Numbered from the stretch's first letter, positions 53,511-62,906 are shown. The stretch is DNA of 64,000 bases from Candidatus Latescibacterota bacterium (GCA_965248435.1 OZ252100.1:2400001-2464000); one strand, 5' to 3'. The notes: generated by a model not told the origin, from the sequence alone. Numbers and translations: made by a program.

Positions 53511-53888
53511 TTGTTGCGATACAACTACAATTTGAAGAAGAACGCAAGACAGTTGCGATCTAACATGACCGAAGCCGAGAAATTGCTCTGGTATCGACTA
53601 CGTAGAAGGCAAGTATTAGGTGTTCAATTCTACAGACAGAAACCGATCGGCAACTATATCGTTGACTTCTATGCCCCGAAACCGAAGCTCGTTATAGAGG
53701 TCGACGGATCCGATCATTTTGAAAAAGACCACGCGGAGAAAGATGCAAGGCGGGAGGGGTACTTGAGGGCACAAAACCTAGCTGTATTACGGTTCACGAA
53801 TCTGGAGGTTCTGCAGCAGACCGATGCAGTGATGAAAACAATTTTTCACAAAGTTCTTCAAACAATGGAAACAATCGTCCCTCTCTAG
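53511..53888 (+). CDS. DUF559 (Vsr-like PD-(D/E)xK) endonuclease domain protein
   Basis: ARQLRSNMTEAEKLLW, FYRQKPIGNYIVDF, IEVDGSDH, VLRFTN. Confidence 0.92.
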   Translation: MLRYNYNLKKNARQLRSNMTEAEKLLWYRLRRRQVLGVQFYRQKPIGNYIVDFYAPKPKLVIEVDGSDHFEKDHAEKDARREGYLRAQNLAVLRFTNLEVLQQTDAVMKTIFHKVLQTMETIVPL

Positions 53889-53896
53889 ATTCTACA

Positions 53897-54943
53897 TCAT
53901 GCCCCTTTTCGCACCAAGCTGAACGTCGCGCTCTCGGTGTTGGAATCATCTGTTTCCACCTCGAAACTGCCGCCGTGCGCTTTGGCAACCAAAAACGTAT
54001 ACCCGCCCTTGGGTTCTGGAAGTTCCGACGCCGTTTTCTTGTAACTCACCTTAACGAGAATGCGACCACCCGCTTCCAGGAGACGGACCCGCACGGCACG
54101 GTCGGCGGTTTCCGTATGGGTGGAGGCCTCCTCCACGGCACGCTTCACGATCCCGTGGAAGACCCCCGTCAGCAGATCAGAATCCGCAGGCACCATCGGG
54201 TCGGCGAGTTCGTTCTGATAGAGGATGTTCGCCAGCGTCCCGAAGGCGAGCTCGAGATCGGCGATCACGCGGCGGACGAGCTGGTCCAGATGGACCGATT
54301 CCTTGCTGACGTGGTAATCTCCCTTGCCGAAGCTCATGAGACCCTTGAGGGTCCGCACGAGGTCTGCGAGCCCCTGTACGCCTTCGGCCACGCGCTCGAG
54401 ACTGGGGCTTGTCGCATCTCCCAGTTCTGTTCGCAGCTGTTCCATGGATCGGACGAGGGGTTCGATCCGATTCGTCAGCTCTCGATTCACGAAGAAGTCC
54501 TGCTCCTGTTTCAGCCGCTCGATCTCCCTGAGTCTCTGCTCCACCTCCATCTGCAGTCTGCGACGTGACACGTGTGCTTCAACGCGGACAAACAGCTCCG
54601 CCGCGTTGAACGGCTTCGTCACGTAGTCCACCACGCCCATCTCGAATCCTTTCACCACGTCCTCCGCCTCGGACTTGGCGGTCAGGAAAATCACCGGGAT
54701 GTCTGCCGTGTCGGGATTCGCCTTTATGCGTTTGCAGGTTTCGAATCCATCCATTTCCGGCATCATGATGTCTAACAGGATGAGGTCGGGTCGGACGCGC
54801 TCGAGGACTTCGAGCGCCTGTTTTCCGCTCTGGGCGATGTGGAGCATGTAGTCCGCCTGTTCCAGGATCGACCCGAGAACCTGGATGTTCTCGATCGTAT
54901 CGTCGACTACCAGAATCCGCGTGGCTCCATCCTTCTCTTCCAT
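53897..54943 (-). CDS. Receiver + degenerate histidine kinase (pseudokinase)
   Basis: Intact REC (VDD, LLDIMMP, KPF); kinase-like tail lacks H-box His, N-box Asn and G boxes. Confidence 0.8.
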   Translation of the reverse strand: MEEKDGATRILVVDDTIENIQVLGSILEQADYMLHIAQSGKQALEVLERVRPDLILLDIMMPEMDGFETCKRIKANPDTADIPVIFLTAKSEAEDVVKGFEMGVVDYVTKPFNAAELFVRVEAHVSRRRLQMEVEQRLREIERLKQEQDFFVNRELTNRIEPLVRSMEQLRTELGDATSPSLERVAEGVQGLADLVRTLKGLMSFGKGDYHVSKESVHLDQLVRRVIADLELAFGTLANILYQNELADPMVPADSDLLTGVFHGIVKRAVEEASTHTETADRAVRVRLLEAGGRILVKVSYKKTASELPEPKGGYTFLVAKAHGGSFEVETDDSNTESATFSLVRKGA

Positions 54944-54976
54944 ACCTGGAGTTCCCCTGCGAACGATCAGGTTTGC

Positions 54977-57076
54977 TTACGCCTCTTCCGGAACTTCCTG
55001 CTCTGCCGCATCAGCCTCCGGATCTCCGTCTTCGGGCGGGGATTTCTGCTCCCATTTGACAACGCCAGACGAGAGGCTGAAGGTAGGACGTTCCATGTCT
55101 TTGGTTACCGTATAGCCGGCATCGCCGACCTTCACACTGACTGCCGTATAGGCTTCCTGATTGATCTGGACTTCGGCGTCCTGGAGTCCCTGCCTGATAC
55201 GAGCGTGAAGTTCCTTCTCCGTTTTCTGGGACTCCCCCTTCGCCTCCAGCAGCTGCTTCAGTTTCATGATGAGCGCCACGACCGATTTGCGTCGAAACTC
55301 CGGAACCTGCTTCAAATAGGCCTGCACGACCCCTGCGTCCAGGCTCTCGATGCCCAGCGTGCGTAAGATACGCACGCTGTTCGAGTCGAAGAATTCGATC
55401 TGTTTCGACAGCTTTCTCAGCTTCGCCTTGGCTTCCACCTCCGGAAGGACCCCGACGATAGTCTCAATCCCCGAGGATGCACCCACGACTTCCGCCTCCA
55501 ATCGCGTCGTGGCGTAGACCTCTCCGCCGACGATACTCCCGCTCCGCGGTCCGTCACCCGGCCTTACGACGAGTTCTCCGCCAGCACGAATATTGGCCTT
55601 GAACAGATGATCCAGGACGATCGTATTTCTCCGGGTCATGACCGAACTTTCCTGAATGAATTTCGTCTCCACGCTGCCCAGGGAAAGCACCTTCGTATCC
55701 GCGCCCATAATTCCCTGTTCTACAATGACGTCACCCTTGGCGTTCACGGAGGCGCCCTGCTCCACAACCCCACTGATCACCACGCTTCCTTCGGCACTCA
55801 CCTTGAGGCCCTTGCGCACCGAGCCGGTAATGACGATATCCTGGCCCGATTCGATGTTCCCGGTCTTCTCGTCCACGTCCCCTTCGATTCGTAACACTGG
55901 ATTGACTTCGATGCGGGTCCCGTCCACGTGGACGTTTCCGTTGATCGTCGCGTGAAAGAACCTGGGTCGACCCCCCTCCAGGACCACGCGAACGTTTTCG
56001 CCCGCCTTGAACTCCCTCGGCGTACCGTCCGATGCAGGGACCTCCTCACCACGGATATTCATTCCCGGCTCACCCACGGTGGGCTCTACGACCGCTGCCA
56101 GGAGCTGACCTTCTCTCACCGCGACGACCCTGCTGATATCCGGACCAAACCGGCAGTCCAGGTGGGCATCCTGTCCCGGAACCGGAGGCTTTCCCTGCAG
56201 GAGGCGATGGCGCCCCTTCTTCGCGGTGTCGTCGACCAGGAATCGTGTCAGCCCCTGGATCGCACGGCCCGGAATCTCCTCGAAAATCTCCATCAACGCC
56301 AGGATGTCCACCAGCCATTCCGGCTCTGGGAACACCTGAGGTCCGACGTGCGGAAAATGGATGAAGAACGCATCCGAACAATCCGGGGACACCCAGACGG
56401 GCGGTCTGACCGAGATTTCACTGCCCTGTATGCAGACATACCCGTAAATCTCTGAGATATAGCGATCATCATCCTTCAGAACGTTCTCTCCCACGCTCAG
56501 AAACGCGGCAGTGCCGGCATCTGCCCGGCGAGCCATGGATGTAGGATTTCCGAACATATCCCGACCCGGACTCCCCGCAGTGGGAGGCGTCAACACGGCG
56601 ATCGTCGCGCCAGGTGCGGTCGCGCGGACCCGCAGGTCTCTTTCGAGCACTTCCTCCAGCAAGGGTTTCTGGAAGGCCTCCAGCAATTCCGCATACGGGA
56701 GGTCGACCTTCTTTCCGACAAGGTCCAGGAATTTGTAATCTACACTGCCCTCAGTCGGGGGCAGTGGAGGCCTTCCTTCCGCGATGACCACGTCACCCCC
56801 GGACCGATACGTGCCCTCCGGCTCTCCAAGCCCGCGCTCCATCACGCGATCAAGAAGCTCCGCTTTGATCCCGGCCCGGATGCCATATTCATCCTCCAGA
56901 GCCTTTATGAGGTCTTCCCTCTGCACGGACGTATCGCCTCCGAAGCAGAACTCCCTCAGAAAGGCCTGCGTGTCGTCTTCTGAGATTTCCACGACCCACC
57001 AGGCCTTGCCGGCCTCGCCGAAGAACCGTCTCTTAGATTTGCTGTCCTGTTTCTTAAGCATCCCAGTTACACCCAT
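54977..57076 (-). CDS. fapA: FapA/DUF342 family protein with duplicated N-terminal module
   Basis: Two P..G.PG....G...GENV units; GDVD..TGNI beta-helix; IVGG; coiled coil. Confidence 0.82.
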   Translation of the reverse strand: MGVTGMLKKQDSKSKRRFFGEAGKAWWVVEISEDDTQAFLREFCFGGDTSVQREDLIKALEDEYGIRAGIKAELLDRVMERGLGEPEGTYRSGGDVVIAEGRPPLPPTEGSVDYKFLDLVGKKVDLPYAELLEAFQKPLLEEVLERDLRVRATAPGATIAVLTPPTAGSPGRDMFGNPTSMARRADAGTAAFLSVGENVLKDDDRYISEIYGYVCIQGSEISVRPPVWVSPDCSDAFFIHFPHVGPQVFPEPEWLVDILALMEIFEEIPGRAIQGLTRFLVDDTAKKGRHRLLQGKPPVPGQDAHLDCRFGPDISRVVAVREGQLLAAVVEPTVGEPGMNIRGEEVPASDGTPREFKAGENVRVVLEGGRPRFFHATINGNVHVDGTRIEVNPVLRIEGDVDEKTGNIESGQDIVITGSVRKGLKVSAEGSVVISGVVEQGASVNAKGDVIVEQGIMGADTKVLSLGSVETKFIQESSVMTRRNTIVLDHLFKANIRAGGELVVRPGDGPRSGSIVGGEVYATTRLEAEVVGASSGIETIVGVLPEVEAKAKLRKLSKQIEFFDSNSVRILRTLGIESLDAGVVQAYLKQVPEFRRKSVVALIMKLKQLLEAKGESQKTEKELHARIRQGLQDAEVQINQEAYTAVSVKVGDAGYTVTKDMERPTFSLSSGVVKWEQKSPPEDGDPEADAAEQEVPEEA

Positions 57077-57120
57077 GCATCACGGTCGCCTGCTACTCCT
57101 AGCTTTTTACCTTCCCGATT

Positions 57121-57350
57121 CTGGAGTATTGGAGTACTGGAGTGGTGGAGTATTGCAAAACCTCCCTTTCCATTACTCCATTCCCCCATTACTCCAACAC
57201 TCACGCATTCTCCTCGTTCCCCAATACTCCAACACTCCATTTCCCCAACACTAGCGTTCTTAGTCTTCATTCCCCCATTACTCCAACACTCACGCATTTT
57301 CCTCGTTCCCCATTACTCCAACACTCCATTCCCCCAGCACTCGCGTTTCT
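57121..57350. repeat. Octamer inverted array plus 89-bp-period tandem duplication
   Basis: GGAGTATT/ACTCCA units; copies start at 57179 and 57268. Confidence 0.8.
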
Positions 57351-57358
57351 TTCTTCCT

Positions 57359-58396
57359 TTATTCTTTCGCCAGATCATCCAGCTGTTCCACGTTTTTGAT
57401 CACATCATCCAGCCTCATCACTTCATCCAGCTGCTCTTTCCACTGGCCCGCATCCTGCTGAATCTGGGCGTCGCGTACCGCCACCGCGGCCTGAATCGCG
57501 AAACTCCCCAGCGTCTGAACCGCTTCGTCCGACAGCGGACCATCCTGGCGCGTTTCTACTTTGATCAGGCCGAGCAGCTCCCGCTCTCGCAGGATGGGCA
57601 CGACCGCGAAGGCCGAGCCCGTCTCGGGCGCTGCAACGTTCAGCGGTTCGGCACGCTCCCGAACGGTCGTGAACGCCTCTTTATGGACTGAGGAGATGTC
57701 GTCGAGTGACCTCAGTCTGTCCTTCGGCACGGTCTGTCCGGGCGCGTCGACCCCGATCGCGGCGGCAGCCTTGAAGGCTTCGCCCTCCGCGAGGTAGACC
57801 ACGGCTTCGTCGAACTCGAGGACCCCGGAGACCACTTCAAGCACGAGCTCCAGCGTTTCTTCCAGGGAGTGGAGCGTCAAAAGATGCTGTGCGATACGGT
57901 CCTTCCCCTCCAGCTCCGTGACCTTCTGCGCCAGCTCCGCAGTGCGCTCCTTGACCTTTTCCTCGAGATGTTCATTCAGGTCGGCCAGTGCCCTGGCCAA
58001 ACGGGAGCGCTCCAGGTGAGTGCGGATCCGAACGAGGACTTCGTCCCTCTGGAACGGCTTCGTGATGTAGTCCACGCCTCCGGCCTGAAACCCCTCCATG
58101 ACGCCCTCCAGCTCGCCCCGGGCCGTGAGAAAGACGACCGGAATATCCTCCGTGTCCGGGTTCGCCTTGAAGCGGCGGCAGGTCTCATAGCCGTCGATCC
58201 CCGGCATCATCACGTCCAGGAGGATGAGGTCCGGGGCCGTCTGCGCCGCCACTTTGAGCGCCGTTTCGCCGTCCGTGGCGACCAGCACGTTGTAGCCGTC
58301 TCCCTCGAGCGCCTGGCTCAGGACGTCCAGATTCGCCGGGACATCATCCACTGTGAGGACTTTCGCTCCGGTGAGGTCGATTATCGGCTTGTTCAT
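57359..58396 (-). CDS. Response regulator with coiled coil and GAF domain, no enzymatic output
   Basis: REC VDD/LLDVMMP/KPF; LEEKVKERT helix; GAF VVPIL....LLGLI...FAIQAAVA. Confidence 0.85.
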   Translation of the reverse strand: MNKPIIDLTGAKVLTVDDVPANLDVLSQALEGDGYNVLVATDGETALKVAAQTAPDLILLDVMMPGIDGYETCRRFKANPDTEDIPVVFLTARGELEGVMEGFQAGGVDYITKPFQRDEVLVRIRTHLERSRLARALADLNEHLEEKVKERTAELAQKVTELEGKDRIAQHLLTLHSLEETLELVLEVVSGVLEFDEAVVYLAEGEAFKAAAAIGVDAPGQTVPKDRLRSLDDISSVHKEAFTTVRERAEPLNVAAPETGSAFAVVPILRERELLGLIKVETRQDGPLSDEAVQTLGSFAIQAAVAVRDAQIQQDAGQWKEQLDEVMRLDDVIKNVEQLDDLAKE

Positions 58397-58529
58397 AGCA
58401 GGTCTCCGAATGGGATGCGATTTCAGCTCATGGCTCTATTTCAGGCTTTAGCGGATCAGGATGCAAGCGCTCCAAGTTAATGAGGATACGGAGAATCATC
58501 AAGTCCGATTGAAGCGCGCTTACCCGAAT

Positions 58530-58571
58530 GAGAAGGCCCGGTTTCTCCAGGTAGGGAGACCGGGCCTTTTC
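58530..58571. terminator. Hairpin, possible terminator, between divergent operons
   Basis: GAGAAGGCCCGGTTTC...GAGACCGGGCCTTTTC. Confidence 0.5.
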
Positions 58572-58653
58572 CTGGGTTGCCGCCTGGTTCAACTATGTGT
58601 ATATTTAATGGTCATAACTATATATATAATTATGTACACTAAGGGGGCATTCC

Positions 58654-58962
58654 ATGAAGTTTATGACGATGCGTGAGCTGCGCCTGAAAACGGCTGAGCT
58701 GCGTAAAGACCTGTCTGCTGACGAAGAGGTAGTCCTGACGGCGAACGGAAAACCAGTGGGGCTGCTTACGGCCATCGATGCAGGCAACCTCGAGGCCGAG
58801 CTGATCGCGGTCCGCCGCGCCCGGGCGCGTTCTGCGCTCGATCGCATTCGGGCAAGCGCCCGTGGCGAAGGAAAGGACCTGATGGCGGCGGACCATGTGG
58901 ATGAGCTCGTCGCTCGCAGCCGCAAGGAGCGGTCTTCGGGGAAGAAGCGAAGGCGTAAGTGA
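58654..58962 (+). CDS. Phd/YefM-type antitoxin
   Basis: MKFMTMRELR, VVLTANGKPVG. Confidence 0.85.
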   Translation: MKFMTMRELRLKTAELRKDLSADEEVVLTANGKPVGLLTAIDAGNLEAELIAVRRARARSALDRIRASARGEGKDLMAADHVDELVARSRKERSSGKKRRRK

Positions 58963-59366
58963 AAGTCGTTCTCGACACGAACGTGGTCGTATCGGGCCTG
59001 CTCAGTGCAGCCGGTCCGTGCGGCCGGATTCTGGACCTCGCGCTGGAAGGTCAAATTACACTCTGCGCGGACCCGCGTCTGGCCGACGAGTATCGGGCCG
59101 TCATCCACCGCCCCGAGTTGGGGCTGCCGTCCGACGATGTTGATCGTGTGCTCGAGCTTCTTTTGAATCTTTCGGACCCCATCACCGCGGCGCCCCTGGA
59201 CGTCGCGCTGCCCGATCCGGAAGACCTGCCCTTCCTCGAGGTTGCAGCGTCGGCTGGCGTGCCCCTCGTGACCGGCAACCGCAGGCATTTCCCAAGTCGT
59301 TTGTGTGGTGACATCCAGATCCTCGCGCCGCGGGAGTTGATCGATCTGATTAGGAAAGAGTTATAG
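58959..59366 (+). CDS. PIN-family toxin
   Basis: VVLDTNVVVS, EY, DPEDLPFLE, LVTGN.RHF. Confidence 0.9.
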   Translation: MKVVLDTNVVVSGLLSAAGPCGRILDLALEGQITLCADPRLADEYRAVIHRPELGLPSDDVDRVLELLLNLSDPITAAPLDVALPDPEDLPFLEVAASAGVPLVTGNRRHFPSRLCGDIQILAPRELIDLIRKEL

Positions 59367-59456
59367 AGCGGGCCGATGACAGTTGACTCTTACCTGGACC
59401 TGTCCTAAGGTTCCTGTGCGACTTTTCAACTTCCACTGATCCAGCGGAGACAGCTG

Positions 59457-60410
59457 ATGAGGAAATGGATCGTGCCGCTGCTGCTTGTGCACTTGGGTGC
59501 TTCCCAAACCGGTGCGTACGAAGTGAACGAGATGGTAAATATCTACGCGAGCCTTCGGCCCGAGGTGATCTTCCGCTCCGCCGAAGGCGGCGACGCCGTG
59601 CGGCGGATGGACGACGGCTACTCACGCGTAGGTTTGAAGGGACGTGTCGACCTGTCGGAGACCCTGTGGGGCTACTACAAGTATGAACGACGGATGTCGT
59701 CAAACGACGGCCAGAGCGACGGCGCGGTCCGCAGCGATAACAACGAGCTGCGGCAGGTGCACGTCGGCATCGGGGGACGGCTCGGGACGTTGGCCATCGG
59801 GCGGCACTACGGCCAGTACTACGATGTGATCGACGACGAGCTGGACCGTCACCGGAGCCACTACAGCGACGCGGTCGTGTTCGGCGATCTGTTCGTGTCG
59901 AACGCGCTGCTCTATCTTACGCCGGCTAAGGGTCCGCTCCATGGCGGCCTGCTCATCGAGCTGAACGATGCGGACACGCAGGGCGAATCGATCGACGAGC
60001 GCGTGGAGATCACGGCATCGATCAGGGATCGGGGCGCGGCCCTGCACTTCGGCTACGTGAACTCGCCGTTTCACGACGGCCTCTTCGGCGTCTCGGCGTC
60101 CTACGGCGCGGGATCGGTGAAGGTGGCGGGTGTGTTCCAGCGCTTCGAAAGATCATCCGCCAGAACCGACAAGCTCTACAGCGGCGCCGTGGATTACGAT
60201 CTGTCGCCCAAAGATCGCCTCCGACTCGCGGTAACGAAAAAGGACGACGGCCTGGACCCCGACATGGATGAAATCTACGTGATCAGCGGGGGCGAACACC
60301 GCTTCGATGAGCACTTCATTGTCTGGGTCGAGTTTTTCAGAAAATCGACGAAGGTGAAGCAGGCGGGCGATGAATCGGCGGTGGTACTGGGGATGCGGTT
60401 CGATTTCTGA
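59457..60410 (+). CDS. Gram-negative porin
   Basis: Signal peptide; SRVGLKG, RQVHVG..G..GT..IGR; terminal MRFDF. Confidence 0.85.
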   Translation: MRKWIVPLLLVHLGASQTGAYEVNEMVNIYASLRPEVIFRSAEGGDAVRRMDDGYSRVGLKGRVDLSETLWGYYKYERRMSSNDGQSDGAVRSDNNELRQVHVGIGGRLGTLAIGRHYGQYYDVIDDELDRHRSHYSDAVVFGDLFVSNALLYLTPAKGPLHGGLLIELNDADTQGESIDERVEITASIRDRGAALHFGYVNSPFHDGLFGVSASYGAGSVKVAGVFQRFERSSARTDKLYSGAVDYDLSPKDRLRLAVTKKDDGLDPDMDEIYVISGGEHRFDEHFIVWVEFFRKSTKVKQAGDESAVVLGMRFDF

Positions 60411-60435
60411 AGAGGACCGCAGACCGCGAAAGTCT

Positions 60436-60476
60436 AAAACCCGGTTTCCTCTATTGAGGAGATCGGGATTTTTTTT
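60436..60476 (+). terminator. Intrinsic terminator after porin
   Basis: CCCGGTTTCCTC-TATT-GAGGAGATCGGG-ATTTTTTTT. Confidence 0.7.
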
Positions 60477-60555
60477 GTCTCGTGCGGGAAATCATCCTAT
60501 CTTGCGTCGATCGAGCCGCACGAGGACCCGTCCACAAACCATTTCGCGGGGGGGT

Positions 60556-61371
60556 ATAAAGAACTATTTTCTGGCAACAATACTGTTTGCAGCGATCGGG
60601 TTGCTCTCGACTCAGGCATCCGGCGAAGATCAAGGCCCGGAAAACCTCGGCGTCTGCGGCGACTCGGGCGAATGGCCCCCCTACATCTACTTCGAGCGTG
60701 AGGACGGCCGGAAGACGGATCGCGCCGTGGGATTCTCGATCGATGTCATCAGCGAGGTCCTGGACGCGGCGGGCGTGCGATACGAGATCAGCATGCGGCC
60801 CTGGAAGCGCTGTCTGCGGGAGGTCGAAGACGGAATGAAGGTCCAGGTCGCACTGGATGCGACCTACAGCGAGGAGCGGGCGGGGAAGTATCACTACTCA
60901 CGGCCCTACTATGCGGTCGCCCCCTACTACTTCTACTCGAAGAAATATCATCCCGATGGCCTCGACATCTGGGGTCCGGGAGATCTGAAACGTCACCGGA
61001 TCAGCGGCGTCAGCGGTTACAACTACTCCGATTTCCACCTGTCCAAGGACGACATCGACTACTTCGTGAAGCACCAGGAGGTCCTCGTTCGCCACGTGCA
61101 CAACGACCGAAGCGATCTGTTCCCGGATTGGCTGGAGGTGTTTGCGGGATTTTCAGTGGTCGGGATGGACTTTCTCGCCGACAAGAATCTAGGCTACGCG
61201 CAAGTTCCCGGTCTCGGACCCACGCGATTCCATATGCTGTTTTCCAGAAACGAGGAGGGGGAGCGCCTGCGAAGGATCGTGGATAAGGGAATCGGAAAGC
61301 TCGAAGCGTCTGGGCGCCTGCAGAAGCTGCTCGACAAGCACAAAGTCCGACGGAGAGACGTGGAGGAGTAG
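60556..61371 (+). CDS. Family 3 substrate-binding protein (start codon unclear)
   Basis: EWPPY, GFSIDV, PWKRC, YSEER, GYNY; the signal peptide begins at ATA 60556. Confidence 0.8.
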   Translation: MKNYFLATILFAAIGLLSTQASGEDQGPENLGVCGDSGEWPPYIYFEREDGRKTDRAVGFSIDVISEVLDAAGVRYEISMRPWKRCLREVEDGMKVQVALDATYSEERAGKYHYSRPYYAVAPYYFYSKKYHPDGLDIWGPGDLKRHRISGVSGYNYSDFHLSKDDIDYFVKHQEVLVRHVHNDRSDLFPDWLEVFAGFSVVGMDFLADKNLGYAQVPGLGPTRFHMLFSRNEEGERLRRIVDKGIGKLEASGRLQKLLDKHKVRRRDVEE

Positions 61372-61379
61372 AAGCGGCC

Positions 61380-62201
61380 CTACGGTTTGGTGGGTTCCGG
61401 CGTTTCGGAAGCCTCCCGATCCTTGTAGGTGGAGTAGATGCGGTCGACGGTTCCGTCCTCTCGGAGCTCGTCGAGCACCTTCTGGAGGGGCTCGAGAATG
61501 CGTGGGTCGGTCTCTTTGTGGAAGGCGTATCCCATGTGTGATTTCTGCAGGACGTGGACCGACTCGAAATCCTCCGGATCCATTCCCGCCTCCATCATCT
61601 GAAACCTCGCGATATCTTCCGCGTAAGCGATCGCATCCAGCCGGCCAACCGCGAGCATCCGCACGAGATTGAGCGCTGACTTGTTTCGCGCGAGGGCCTT
61701 CTCGGGCACCCCGAGGGCGAGGACGAGCTGCTCGCCGATGTCGTCTCGAACCGTGCCGATACGGAGCCCGTTCAGGTCTGTCGGCTCAGAGATCTCGATC
61801 GCCTTCGATTTTGGACAGATCACGGAGACCCGCGTGGGGATGATCGGACCCACGAAACGGAACTGCTCGAGCCGCTCCGCCGTGTAGGTCATCGAAAACA
61901 GCGCGGTGCCGGGCCGCCCGAGGAGATACTGGTAAGCGCGCGGCCAGGGAAGAAGCTTCAAGTCCTCCCGCCCGAGGTTCACGCCCACCTTCACGAACAT
62001 CCTCATCAGGACGTCGACGGTAATCCCCTTCAATTTCCCGTCCGCCTCATCCTTGTAGTTGAACGGAGGATAGTGCTCCACCATCCAGCTTATCCCCTCG
62101 ATCTCACCCACCACGTCCGTGGGTGGCCCCGCTGAGACCTCGGAGTAGACGAGTATCAGAACGGTGATTGTGATCGATCTTCGCAACAAACGCCTTTCCA
62201 C
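61380..62201 (-). CDS. Family 3 substrate-binding protein
   Basis: YPPFNY, GITVD, PWPRA, ER..F.FVGP, GRLDAI. Confidence 0.87.
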   Translation of the reverse strand: MERRLLRRSITITVLILVYSEVSAGPPTDVVGEIEGISWMVEHYPPFNYKDEADGKLKGITVDVLMRMFVKVGVNLGREDLKLLPWPRAYQYLLGRPGTALFSMTYTAERLEQFRFVGPIIPTRVSVICPKSKAIEISEPTDLNGLRIGTVRDDIGEQLVLALGVPEKALARNKSALNLVRMLAVGRLDAIAYAEDIARFQMMEAGMDPEDFESVHVLQKSHMGYAFHKETDPRILEPLQKVLDELREDGTVDRIYSTYKDREASETPEPTKP

Positions 62202-62492
62202 CGATCGGATGTGAGAATTTCAGCGTCTATTCGAAAACAGGCACAGATTGGATCCTTCTTCTCGGATTATGATAGACCATCCTCTGTCCGTTGTCAACCG
62301 ATCCCGGCCGTCACGCTCGCGCTTTGGCCCGATGTGGCCCTCTTCCAGCGCCAACGGCGCGTCCTCCCTTTACCCAGGGCAGCGCCCTCGGGCAGCGAAG
62401 TACATAACGCAGTACGGCCTGAAGGGCCGCGATAGGCGGATCCCCCGCTTCAAGCGTGCGGGGGGGGCAGGCACGGGCCATTCGGGCAATAT

Positions 62493-62906
62493 CTAGCTTT
62501 GCTCTGCGGGATCAATCACCGTGAGATCTTTGAAATAGTCGCGCAGGAACCCGCGATCCCGCGCGACGAGTCTATCGGCGTGAGTCTGAGCGTGAGCCCC
62601 TATGAGGAAATCCGTTACAACTCTGCCTTGCCTGCCTCCTCGATGGAGGTGTGCGGAGAAGAGCTCCCCCGCGAGGATTGCGCTTTCTGGTGAAGATGGC
62701 CTGAACTCGAGCTGCCAGTCCCTGAGAAACTCTTCAAAGACGGCTCTGGCACCAAAGGCTGGATAAATTTCCGCCAGAACGCACTCACATACCAGGAGCA
62801 GCCCCTCCGATAATGCGACGCGCAGAGCTTTTTCCGAGGCAATGGCGAAATCAGGATCGTCTGCAACGACGTCGAGGATCACCGAACTGTCTAGAGCTGA
62901 AATCAT
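62493..62906 (-). CDS. vapC: VapC/PIN toxin
   Basis: ALDSSVILD, AE, DFLIGAHA, RDRG; ATGA overlap with antitoxin. Confidence 0.9.
   Translation of the reverse strand: MISALDSSVILDVVADDPDFAIASEKALRVALSEGLLLVCECVLAEIYPAFGARAVFEEFLRDWQLEFRPSSPESAILAGELFSAHLHRGGRQGRVVTDFLIGAHAQTHADRLVARDRGFLRDYFKDLTVIDPAEQS

Noticed and set aside
57121-57350. CRISPR array
   Set aside because: The intervening segments are themselves repeated, units are degenerate 8-mers, and no cas genes are present
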